Of a stretch of DNA of 64,000 nt, positions 40,429 through 49,233 are shown one piece after another (position 1 is the first letter of the stretch; each line of letters starts with the position of its first letter). The notes under the pieces were generated by a model that was not told the DNA's origin, did no database searches, and saw only the letters and a list, made by a program, of their open reading frames with translations. Origin of the DNA: an uncultured Candidatus Saccharibacteria bacterium (lineage in GTDB: Bacteria > Patescibacteriota > Minisyncoccia > Phycocordibacterales > UBA918); the NCBI GenBank assembly GCA_964593375.1, contig CAZQIF010000001.1:6405-70404 (forward strand), written 5' to 3'. A program made the position numbers and the translations under genes.

Positions 40429-41046
40429 ATGTTGATTTTCATTGATGATTCTGGTGATCCTGGATTTAAATTTGAAAAGGGTTCTTCAAAATATTTTGTT
40501 ATTGCTTTACTAATTTTTGATGACAATCTTGAAGCAGAAAAAATGGCAGTTGCTGTAAAAGAGTTAAGAAGGCAGTTTAAATTATCAGATCGTGAGGAAT
40601 TTAAATTTAATAAATCAAACGATAGAATTCGTAAAGCATTTCTAATTAAAATATGTGAGTATTCGTTCAGAATTCGCTGTCTTATTGTTAATAAAACCCA
40701 TATCTACAGTCCTGAGTTAAAAAATCAAAAAGATAAATTCTATGCGTTTTTTATTAAAGAAGCGCTCAAATATTCTAATGAAACAATTATCGATGCGAAA
40801 ATTCGTATAGATGGAAGTGGCGACAGGGAATTTAAAAAACAGTTTTTTACTTATCTCAGAAAAGAATTAAACTCAAAAGATAAAAGTATTATAAAAAATT
40901 GTAAAATGGTTAACTCAAGAACTGATGTTTTGATTCAAACTGTTGATATGATTGCTGGTGCTGTACGAAGATCTTATGAAAAGAATGAAAAAGTTTATAA
41001 AAGCATTATTCAAAAGCATATCGAAGATGAGTGGTATTTTAGATAA
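40429..41046 (+). CDS. DUF3800 family protein (RNase H-like acidic motifs)
   Basis: FIDDSGD at the N-terminus, EFKF, IQTVDMIAG at the C-terminus. Confidence 0.9.
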   Translation: MLIFIDDSGDPGFKFEKGSSKYFVIALLIFDDNLEAEKMAVAVKELRRQFKLSDREEFKFNKSNDRIRKAFLIKICEYSFRIRCLIVNKTHIYSPELKNQKDKFYAFFIKEALKYSNETIIDAKIRIDGSGDREFKKQFFTYLRKELNSKDKSIIKNCKMVNSRTDVLIQTVDMIAGAVRRSYEKNEKVYKSIIQKHIEDEWYFR

Positions 41047-41180
41047 CAAAAAATATCCCGCGAGGGATATTTCCAACCACTCGGTCTAGACTGGTTGTCC
41101 CAGCCACGCCACCATCCGGTGACAGTTCGACACGAAAGTTTTTGTATATACACTATATCACTTGACAGACTGAAAATCAA
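41047..41180 (-). ncRNA. Candidate small RNA convergent on the DUF3800 gene
   Basis: TTGATT-17-TATAGT promoter (41180-41152); CAACCA/TGGTTG hairpin; terminator AAATATCCC/GGGATATTT plus U-run. Confidence 0.6.
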
Positions 41181-41207
41181 TTGTTTTCCACAGACGATTC
41201 AAGTATT

Positions 41208-41306
41208 TGAAAAACGTAAATATAGTTCAAATTTGAGTATAATTTACGTTTTTCATAGCAAAATACGTAAATTTGAACGAATTCTTAGGTAAATTTACGT
41301 TTTTCA
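41208..41306. promoter_or_regulatory. Two tandem inverted-repeat pairs (operator-like)
   Basis: TGAAAAACGTAAAT-20-ATTTACGTTTTTCA then AAAATACGTAAATTT-16-AAATTTACGTTTTTCA. Confidence 0.55.
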
Positions 41307-41470
41307 AATTTGATAACACATACTAACCGCGAGGGGCGAAGCTCCTCGCGGTTTTTGAAGTGATTTTTGATGCATAATTTCGAAAATCTGGTACGCTAAC
41401 GTCTTACCCCAGTCGCAGAAACTTCCTTACGTCGTTTCGCACGGGGCAGGTGTCATTAACTTTTTAAACT

Positions 41471-42571
41471 ATGAGTTTAAGTGTCGGGATAGTTGGTTTA
41501 CCTAATGTTGGCAAAAGCACGCTTTTTAATGCGCTTACCAAAAATTCTGTACCGGCGGAAAACTATCCATTTTGTACCATTGACCCATCGGTCGGGGTAG
41601 TTCCCGTTCCTGACCATCGACTCGAGACGCTCTCTAAGATTTCAAATTCTGAAAAAATTATTCCTGCGATTGTTGAATTTGTTGATATTGCCGGCATTGT
41701 GAAAGGAGCTTCTGAAGGAGAGGGGCTTGGAAACAAGTTTCTCTCAAATATTCGTGAAGTCGATATGATTGCAGAAGTGGTGCGCATTTTCGATGACCCC
41801 GATGTCATTCACGTCGGTGGTGCCGTTGATCCACTTTCCGACATTGAGGTGATTAACCTTGAGCTCATTCTCGCTGATGCTGAAACCGTTTCAAAAAGAC
41901 TTGGCAACGTCGAAAAGGATGCACGCCGTGGTGATAAGACTGCGATTAAAGAAAAAGAGATGCTCGAACGACTCCTTCCACATCTTGAAAATGGACAACT
42001 TGCAAACACACTACCTATGGACGAGGAGGAAATGTTTATTCTGAAAAGCATTCATCTCCTTACCATGAAGAAGTTCCTTTATGTGCTCAATAAGAAAAAC
42101 GGTTCGTACAACTTTGATGAAACAAATGACGACCGTTGGACTGAGCTTATGGAATTTATGGAAACAACCGGCTCAGAATATGTGCTCATTGATGCCGGTA
42201 TTGAACAAGAGCTTAAAGATTTGGATGAAGCAGACAAAGTTGAGTTTCGTCGTGAGTATGCAACACTCGATTCAGGAATCGATTCACTCATCAAAGCGTG
42301 TTATCACCGCCTTGGACTCATGTCGTATTTCACGACAGGAGAGAAGGAGACACGCGCATGGACGGTACGACAGGGTGCGACTGGCCCAGAAGCAGGTGCA
42401 GCGATTCACACTGATTTTCAGACGAGATACATTCGCGCACAAGTAGTAACATTCGATGATTTGGTGAACTGCGGTTCAATCGCTCAAGCACGCGCAACGG
42501 GAAAGCTTCGTACTGAAGGAAAGGAATACATTGTGCAGGAAAGCGATGTTATTGAATTCATGATTGCATAG
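41471..42571 (+). CDS. ychF: Redox-regulated ATPase YchF
   Basis: [42 protein letters not shown] domain. Confidence 0.98.
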   Translation: MSLSVGIVGLPNVGKSTLFNALTKNSVPAENYPFCTIDPSVGVVPVPDHRLETLSKISNSEKIIPAIVEFVDIAGIVKGASEGEGLGNKFLSNIREVDMIAEVVRIFDDPDVIHVGGAVDPLSDIEVINLELILADAETVSKRLGNVEKDARRGDKTAIKEKEMLERLLPHLENGQLANTLPMDEEEMFILKSIHLLTMKKFLYVLNKKNGSYNFDETNDDRWTELMEFMETTGSEYVLIDAGIEQELKDLDEADKVEFRREYATLDSGIDSLIKACYHRLGLMSYFTTGEKETRAWTVRQGATGPEAGAAIHTDFQTRYIRAQVVTFDDLVNCGSIAQARATGKLRTEGKEYIVQESDVIEFMIA

Positions 42572-42692
42572 AGTTTGTTCAAAAACTTCTCATACTGCGT
42601 TGCACTTCGTTCGAAAACACTCATCGTATGTTTAATACGTCTTGTATTTTCTCACTTGTGCGCCTTGTCTGAGAAGCTTTTAACCACACTCT
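42570..42692. mobile_element. MITE-like element with 23-bp imperfect terminal inverted repeats
   Basis: AGAGTTTGTTCAAAAACTTCTCA ... TGAGAAGCTTTTAACCACACTCT (19/23 match). Confidence 0.65.
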
Positions 42693-42732
42693 TTACGAGA
42701 TATATAATCAAAAGGTAAACAAGAAATATAGT

Positions 42733-43002
42733 ATGGCTTGGTTTGTATATATTTTACGATGTAGCGACGGCTCACTCTATACGGGAGTGACGACCGATAT
42801 TGATAGACGTTTTATTGAACATAAGGAAGGGAAGACGGGTGCGAAATATACGCGTTCAAGGTTTCCTATTGAAGTTGTGTATCGGGAGACCTGCGCTTCG
42901 CGGAGCGAGGCGCAGGTAAAGGAGTCTGCGCTCAAAAAACTACGGAAAGCAGACAAAGAACTGGTCGTAAAAACATACAGAAAATCTAAGCGAAAACATT
43001 GA
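42733..43002 (+). CDS. GIY-YIG nuclease (UPF0213/YhbQ-like)
   Basis: WFVYILRCSDGSLYTGVTTDIDRR..EH..G.GAKYTR. Confidence 0.93.
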   Translation: MAWFVYILRCSDGSLYTGVTTDIDRRFIEHKEGKTGAKYTRSRFPIEVVYRETCASRSEAQVKESALKKLRKADKELVVKTYRKSKRKH

Positions 43003-43063
43003 CAAAATCGAAACTAATCGTATAGTGTCGCCAGTAACTTTGTTCACTGAAAGGGAGAACACA

Positions 43064-43558
43064 ATGGAATTTGAACAACGTATTGAATCACTTTGCTACG
43101 GCGCACAGCCGACTGCGCGCGAAGCAGTGAAGCTTGGTAGGGCGTTTGAACTGCCAAACAAAATCAAGAAGGTAGCCACCTTCACAAACAACTTTGGCGA
43201 GGTGTCGGATATATCGTTTATTCCACACCACTACGCATCGGCGTATCCAAGACTTGAACAACATGACGGGGGCGGCGATATTTCGTCGGGCATTGTCGCA
43301 CTTCCACAACGCTTCAACTGGATTTATCTTGTCATCATGTTGCAAGAGTACAAGGATAATGAAGAAACTAAACAAACAAACGAGATTGACAGCGTCGTGT
43401 ATGCTGACTGGTGGATTGTCGGTAATAGACTTGAACTTCCTCAGGAGCAAGATGGCGCCAAGTGGGTCAAGTATTTCGGGAGCTGGGCGCACTCATCCAT
43501 TTGGCTCATGCGTCCGTCTGGGCTTGGCGTGTTCCTAGCCTGCCTCTACAGATTCTAA
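43064..43558 (+). CDS. Hypothetical protein
   Basis: TTGACA...TATAGT promoter, AAGGGAG SD, terminator GGGCGTCGC/GCGACGCCC. Confidence 0.7.
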   Translation: MEFEQRIESLCYGAQPTAREAVKLGRAFELPNKIKKVATFTNNFGEVSDISFIPHHYASAYPRLEQHDGGGDISSGIVALPQRFNWIYLVIMLQEYKDNEETKQTNEIDSVVYADWWIVGNRLELPQEQDGAKWVKYFGSWAHSSIWLMRPSGLGVFLACLYRF

Positions 43559-43659
43559 GCAACCGGGCGTCGCGAACTTGCGACGCCCTTTCTTTTGGTA
43601 CACTCGCGCACTATTTTTTGTTTACGCAATCATGTGTCACTGATAAAATTTATGCATAC

Positions 43660-44226
43660 ATGAAGAAAAAGCACAAGCGCGTATCCATCACCACTGATGA
43701 ATGGTTTGTTATTGGCTCTATTGCTGCTCTTGCAACGACACTCATCGCACTCCTTCCACCCATGATGAATTCTCCATGGTTCACGGATTTGATTCCACCT
43801 ATTCAATATTTGATATACAACATTGGATTCATACTGCTTACTATCGTCCTCATTGGTGTTCCTATTTCTTACTTACATGACCAAGCGATTGAATACTGGA
43901 ACGTTTTTCGTAGTGGTGTGAGTTCATGGCTTATCTTTAGTTTTATTCTTGACGTATGGCAACCACCATTTGCGTTTGGTACGAATGGTAGCTCACTCAT
44001 CAATGACCCACATTCTTTGTACGGAGCAAGTGTTGACCATATGCTCGGCTGGGTCTACCTACATTTTGTTGATCCAACCGTATTCTTTAATCTACCAGTG
44101 TTAGGCCCTGTTTCATTTCTGTTTATTCTTATTTACTTTATTACACCAATTTGTGCGGTATTTGTCTCTGCACTCCTCTTCAAACCCGGTTTTCTCGTGA
44201 GTATGTTCGGAAATGAGGTATTGTAG
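43660..44226 (+). CDS. Hypothetical membrane protein
   Basis: Multiple TM segments; ATG at 43660. Confidence 0.75.
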   Translation: MKKKHKRVSITTDEWFVIGSIAALATTLIALLPPMMNSPWFTDLIPPIQYLIYNIGFILLTIVLIGVPISYLHDQAIEYWNVFRSGVSSWLIFSFILDVWQPPFAFGTNGSSLINDPHSLYGASVDHMLGWVYLHFVDPTVFFNLPVLGPVSFLFILIYFITPICAVFVSALLFKPGFLVSMFGNEVL

Positions 44227-44319
44227 CCCAAAGTGTGGACTAACATTTGACTAAATAGCAATTTTCTAGTACTCTGTCACCACTTCGCGCCCCACGCTGG
44301 CGCATTTTTATTTCATTGT

Positions 44320-46116
44320 ATGCACGGAAAAGAAACACGAAACATTGCGATTATCGCACACGTTGACCATGGTAAAACAACGCTCACTGACGCCATTATG
44401 CGCCAGACTGGTGCGGTAACAGACGCAAATGTCACCATGGACAGTAACGCACTCGAACAAGAGCGCGGTATTACTATTTACGCAAAGAACACCTCAATCG
44501 AGTACAAGGGTACTAAAATTAACATTGTTGATACACCGGGACACGCAGACTTCGGTTCTGAAGTGGAGCGTGTGCTTCGTTCAATCGACTCAGTGCTTCT
44601 CATCGTCGACGCTCAGGAAGGGCCGATGCCACAAACACGCTTCGTACTTAAGAAATCTCTCGAACTCGGACTCAATCCGATTGTCGTCATTAACAAAATC
44701 GATAAGCCTGCAGCTGACCCACACAAGGCAGAAGAGCAGGTACTTGAACTTTTCCTTGAACTCGGTGCGCATGATGAGCAAGCTGATTTTCCTGTTGTAT
44801 ACGCAATTGGACGACAGGGAATTGCAAAGCGAAAACTCACCGACGAATCGAGTGACCTCACACCGCTTCTCGATGTGATTCTTGAAAACGTTCCACCTGC
44901 AAAAGGATATTCAGAAGGTGAAATTCTTCGTGCACAGGTGTTTAATCTTGGCTATGACAATTTCCTTGGGCGTCTTGCAGTAGCACGCATCTACGAAGGT
45001 GAACTCAAAAATGGACAGAATGTGCATATTCTTCATAATGGACAAACACCACGCAAAGGAAAAGTTGCCAAGCTATTCACCTTCAAAGGTATTGAGCGCG
45101 TTGAGTCAGAAAGTGCTTATGCGGGCGACATAGTAATCGTCGCAGGGTTCAGTGATATCAATATTGGAGAAACGATTAGCGACATTGACGGTGCGCAACC
45201 ACTTGATGCGATTGCAGTAGACCAACCAACGATTGCGCTTGATTTTGTGGTCAACAACTCACCCTTTGCAGGACGAGAAGGAAAATTTGTGACCTCACGA
45301 CAGCTTCGTGAGCGACTTGAGAAAGAACTTGAAATCAATGTAGGACTCAAGGTAGATTTTAATAACGGTGATTCGTTCAAAGTGTATGGACGAGGAGAAA
45401 TGCATATTTCTATTCTTCTTGAGAATATGCGCCGTGAAGGATACGAAATGCAGGTGTCACAACCACAGGCGATTATTGAAGAACGAGAGGATGGGAAGTA
45501 TGAACCGTTTGAGGAAGTAACTGTTGATATTCCAAGCGAGTACCAAGGAGCAGTTATTGACCGCCTCGGACGACGTGCATTCATCATGACCGATATGATT
45601 ACTCATGGTAATCAGGTACGGCTCATTCTCGAAGGTCCAACACGTGGACTTCTTGGCTACAAAGGACAATTTATTATTGACACACGTGGCGAAGGAATTC
45701 TTTGTTCTCGTGTACTCGGTTTCAAGCCATACGCAGGAGAAATCAAAAAACGACAGGCTGGTTCAATGGTTTCAATGGCGAGTGGGAAGGCGCTCGGATT
45801 TTCTCTCTGGAATCTTCAGGATCGTGGACAACTCTACATCGGCCCCGCAACTGAGGTGTATGAAGGAATGGTTATTGGTAACACCTCAAAGGGTGAAGAA
45901 ATGATGGTGAACCCAACGAAAGGAAAACAACTTTCTAACGTGCGTTCTTCAGGAACTGACGAGGCGCTCACGCTCGTGCCACACCGTCCTGTTTCGATTG
46001 AAATTGGTCTTGAAATCATGGCTGACGATGAATATCTCGAGGTTACTCCGCAATCAACGCGTATTCGAAAGCAGGTGCTCAAAGAGACTGATAGAGTTAA
46101 GTCACGAAGAAATTAG
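44320..46116 (+). CDS. typA: Translational GTPase TypA/BipA
   Basis: [51 protein letters not shown]. Confidence 0.98.
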   Translation: MHGKETRNIAIIAHVDHGKTTLTDAIMRQTGAVTDANVTMDSNALEQERGITIYAKNTSIEYKGTKINIVDTPGHADFGSEVERVLRSIDSVLLIVDAQEGPMPQTRFVLKKSLELGLNPIVVINKIDKPAADPHKAEEQVLELFLELGAHDEQADFPVVYAIGRQGIAKRKLTDESSDLTPLLDVILENVPPAKGYSEGEILRAQVFNLGYDNFLGRLAVARIYEGELKNGQNVHILHNGQTPRKGKVAKLFTFKGIERVESESAYAGDIVIVAGFSDINIGETISDIDGAQPLDAIAVDQPTIALDFVVNNSPFAGREGKFVTSRQLRERLEKELEINVGLKVDFNNGDSFKVYGRGEMHISILLENMRREGYEMQVSQPQAIIEEREDGKYEPFEEVTVDIPSEYQGAVIDRLGRRAFIMTDMITHGNQVRLILEGPTRGLLGYKGQFIIDTRGEGILCSRVLGFKPYAGEIKKRQAGSMVSMASGKALGFSLWNLQDRGQLYIGPATEVYEGMVIGNTSKGEEMMVNPTKGKQLSNVRSSGTDEALTLVPHRPVSIEIGLEIMADDEYLEVTPQSTRIRKQVLKETDRVKSRRN

Positions 46117-46280
46117 CTATTACAACTAGCACTTAGCTTTTAGCTTCTGGATTTCTGGTCAAGCCGGAATGACAGACGCGACTAGCATTTAGCTTCTGGA
46201 TTGCTTCACTTCGTTCGCAAAGACGTAACTTGCTTATATTCCATATTCAATATTCTCTATTCCATATTCATTATTCTCCC
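46114..46280. repeat. Composite of heptamer repeats and small palindromic elements
   Basis: TAGCNNN heptamers; CTGGATTTCTGGTCAAGCCGGAATGAC; GGATTGCTTCACTTCGTTCGCAAAGAC; TATTCNN heptamers. Confidence 0.65.
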
Positions 46281-46296
46281 GTATAATGAAATACAC

Positions 46297-46683
46297 ATGA
46301 AAACGACATACATTTATATTGCACTTATCATTGTGCTCATTGTTGGGCTTGTAGTTGCTCGAAATGCTTCAGATAGACAAATTGTTACCGTAACCTCAAA
46401 GTACGATGTGTTTGCTGAATGTATCAGTAATGCGGGAGCAAAATTCTATGGAGCGTACTGGTGTCCTCACTGCCAAGACCAAAAAAAACTTTTTGAGAAT
46501 TCAAAGAAGCTTCCGTACATTGAGTGTTCTACCCCAGACGGAAAAGGGCAGACAAAGGTATGTGCTGAAGCGGGTGTAACTAGCTACCCAACCTGGAAAT
46601 TTGCTGACGGAACAACTGAAGATGGCCTCCTCCAATTTGATAAACTCGCTGAAAAAACTAATTGTTCTGTACCAACTGAATGA
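46297..46683 (+). CDS. Membrane-anchored thioredoxin-like protein
   Basis: FYGAYWCPHCQDQK..F, YPTW. Confidence 0.9.
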   Translation: MKTTYIYIALIIVLIVGLVVARNASDRQIVTVTSKYDVFAECISNAGAKFYGAYWCPHCQDQKKLFENSKKLPYIECSTPDGKGQTKVCAEAGVTSYPTWKFADGTTEDGLLQFDKLAEKTNCSVPTE

Positions 46684-47204
46684 TAGAGACCATACAAACA
46701 ACAAATTATATTCTGGCGCTCGGCGGTATAGTAATTTTTTTGTTATCAACACTATTTGTTGTTGATTTGTACACAAGCAAATCGCTCAAGCCACTCATTT
46801 CGAGGTGGTGGCTTTGCTTAGCGCTCGCTACAACATTTGGCTCCTCTATGATGACTCTCGTCTACTCAGAAATTTTTGGACTAGTACCTTGTGGCCTTTG
46901 TTGGTTAGGGCGACTATTTCTCTTTCCACAAGTTTTTCTGCTTGCGACTGCTCTCTATTACAAAGATAAAATGTTCGCGCGATACGGAATCGTGCTTTCA
47001 TCATTAGGATTCTGTGTTTCGCTTTATCATCACTATATACAAATGGGTGGAAGTGAGTTCATTAAATGTCCAGCCTCAGGAGCGAGCTGTACACAACGAT
47101 TTCTGTTTGAATTTAACTTTATTACGTTTCCACTCCTTTCAGCGGGGCTCTTTTTCTTTTTAATTGTGCTCTATTACTACGTGCTCAAAGTAGGTAGTGA
47201 TTAA
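46680..47204 (+). CDS. dsbB: Disulfide bond formation protein B (DsbB/BdbC)
   Basis: PCGLCWLGR, second Cys pair, 5 TM; overlaps the thioredoxin gene. Confidence 0.88.
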   Translation: MIETIQTTNYILALGGIVIFLLSTLFVVDLYTSKSLKPLISRWWLCLALATTFGSSMMTLVYSEIFGLVPCGLCWLGRLFLFPQVFLLATALYYKDKMFARYGIVLSSLGFCVSLYHHYIQMGGSEFIKCPASGASCTQRFLFEFNFITFPLLSAGLFFFLIVLYYYVLKVGSD

Positions 47205-47476
47205 CTCATCTCAGTCGGTGGGTTTGCCTTTTGTACTGGGCTTACGATATTCGGATTCCATTCAGCGACAATTTTGCCATGCGCAGTTTCATATTGTTCT
47301 ATCTCATGCGTGAGATATTGAAGTAATCGCTTAGTATGTCCGGGGGTAAGCGAGTAGATTGTTGCCTGTGTTCCTGAGCTCATGCCGATAGCAAAAAATT
47401 CTGGAGTAAATCCAATTTTGATATTTTCACAAAAAAGTTTTGGTGCTTTCTGAAGATCTTCTGATTGCATACGCAT
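47201..47476 (-). CDS. DUF3467-like small protein
   Basis: LTPGHTKRLLQYL...YETAHGKI pattern. Confidence 0.75.
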   Translation of the reverse strand: MRMQSEDLQKAPKLFCENIKIGFTPEFFAIGMSSGTQATIYSLTPGHTKRLLQYLTHEIEQYETAHGKIVAEWNPNIVSPVQKANPPTEMS

Positions 47477-47562
47477 TATATTGATGGACTTATAATAAAA
47501 CAGCAGTATACTCCAAATTAGGTAGTTTTGTATTTTAAATCACTTACGCGGAAAGGACTAGG

Positions 47563-47754
47563 ATGTTCTACAATCGACCCATACGTCTATGGAAAGACTC
47601 AGGGTACTATCCCGAACAGTATCAGAGTAACACCACGAACTACGCAAAGAGACTTGATTTGCGACTCTTGCGCTGGGATCTCAAGGATGCGTGCACTATC
47701 ACGCAAACGTGCACGGTTCTCATCAAGATTCTTGTACGAAAGCTCGCTCCATGA
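47563..47754 (+). CDS. Possible small protein
   Basis: AAAGGA SD-like sequence; terminator AAGGGCGACC/GGTCGCCCTT downstream. Confidence 0.35.
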   Translation: MFYNRPIRLWKDSGYYPEQYQSNTTNYAKRLDLRLLRWDLKDACTITQTCTVLIKILVRKLAP

Positions 47755-47842
47755 ACAATAGCAAGGGCGACCTCCGGTCGCCCTTTCTTAAGACAAGGTA
47801 TGTACTGTACAAATCCGTAAAACAAGCGCACAATTTAGACGT

Positions 47843-48865
47843 ATGATAAGTCTAATAGCATTAGGCTTAATAGTGCTGGTCATTGTCGTACCAGCAACCT
47901 TATTATCAAGCTTTAATACTAACTCTATGGAAAATACTGCAAAAAACTTTGCTCTACAATTGGGCTCACTCGTTTCACTCTACGTCTCAATTACCGCACT
48001 CATTATGATGCTTTTTGGCATCATCACGATTCAATATCCTGACGTTGCACAAGGGTACTATGAATATGATTCAGCGAGCTCTGGCATTCGCTTTGGTATC
48101 GCCCTTCTCATTGTATTCTTCCCAACGTATATTTTGCTTACCCGTCTGGTAAACAACATTCGAAGGCGTGAACAAGGCACCTACCTCATGCTTACCAAAT
48201 GGCTCATCTACCTTTCACTCCTCATTGGTGGCGCAACAATCCTCGGTGACCTTGTAGCAGTGGTAAACAGTTTTCTCATGGGAGAACTCACCATTCGCTT
48301 CGTACTTAAAGCACTTTCATTCTTCATCGTTGTGAGTGCTGCATTTGTGTACTATTTGCTTGACGCAAAAGGATATTGGCAAGCTAATGAGAAAATCTCA
48401 ATTCAATATGCAGGAGGCGTTGCCGTGTTTGTTGTTATCGCGCTCATACTTGGATTTACACGAGTTGAGCCACCAACAAAGGTGCGCGAAATGAAAATTG
48501 ATGCACAACAGATAAATGATTTGAGTATTATTCAATCCGGTATTGAAGAGTACTATGCAGTAAACGGAAACTTACCTGACACGATAGATGACGTATATGT
48601 TGATGTTCCTGCCCCAACGGCACCCGAAGGGCGAACACCATACTCGTATAATCTCACAAGCGCAGGCTCGTTTGAGCTCTGTGCACGTTTTGAAAGTGCT
48701 TCATCGAAAGCTGAACAAGCACAGTATTCTGAACCAATGTTTGACACCGGACGAATCATAAAGAATCCATACAACTGGACACATGCAGAAGGGAACGTGT
48801 GCTTCTCACGCACACTGAACGTCATGGATGCATCTGCTGTACCGAGTGTACCCGTTAAGAAATAG
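47843..48865 (+). CDS. DUF5671-type membrane protein (start may be 47927)
   Basis: KNFALQLGSLVSLY, KWLIYLSL, GELTIRF, pilin-like C-terminal FELCA.F...W.H..G..CF. Confidence 0.8.
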   Translation: MISLIALGLIVLVIVVPATLLSSFNTNSMENTAKNFALQLGSLVSLYVSITALIMMLFGIITIQYPDVAQGYYEYDSASSGIRFGIALLIVFFPTYILLTRLVNNIRRREQGTYLMLTKWLIYLSLLIGGATILGDLVAVVNSFLMGELTIRFVLKALSFFIVVSAAFVYYLLDAKGYWQANEKISIQYAGGVAVFVVIALILGFTRVEPPTKVREMKIDAQQINDLSIIQSGIEEYYAVNGNLPDTIDDVYVDVPAPTAPEGRTPYSYNLTSAGSFELCARFESASSKAEQAQYSEPMFDTGRIIKNPYNWTHAEGNVCFSRTLNVMDASAVPSVPVKK

Positions 48866-48882
48866 TTGGTCTGTAGTTTGCT

Positions 48883-49165
48883 TTACTAGTTCGTCGCAGA
48901 ATGAATCGACAGCTCTGCTGCGAGAATGAATGCGACAAATGTTTAGTATGGCAGAGGCCATATCCTTAGCTAGAAAACTGCCCATGGTCCTATGCGGTTA
49001 GCACAGGGCAGTTTACTGGTGAGCGCCAAGAATGCCCTGTCTCGTTAGAGCGGGGCTGAATTGGCGATTAAAATTGCGTCTGCGGTGGCAGACTCATATG
49101 CCAGAACAGCAACCTGGTGTTTGTTGCAACTCACTAATGCTCTGCATTAGTGAGTTGCAACAAAC
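48883..49165 (+). repeat. Structured dispersed element, copy 2, with extra hairpins and a 22-bp perfect palindrome
   Basis: TTACTAGTTCGTCGCAGAATG...ATGAATGCGACA...GCTAGAA; inverted repeat 49119-49140/49144-49165. Confidence 0.8.
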
Positions 49166-49233
49166 TTGCTTTACTTGTTACCAATTAATGGCATAATGAC
49201 GCCACTGTTAGTCGCGTATACATAACGTTCATT

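Noticed and set aside
33376-41046. Classical integron cassette array
   Set aside because: Genes are co-oriented, but no intI and no attC-type palindromes were seen, and several genes have their own -10 boxes.
48866-49233. T-box riboswitch upstream of leuS
   Set aside because: No T-box antiterminator consensus, and the sequence is shared with elements next to unrelated genes.
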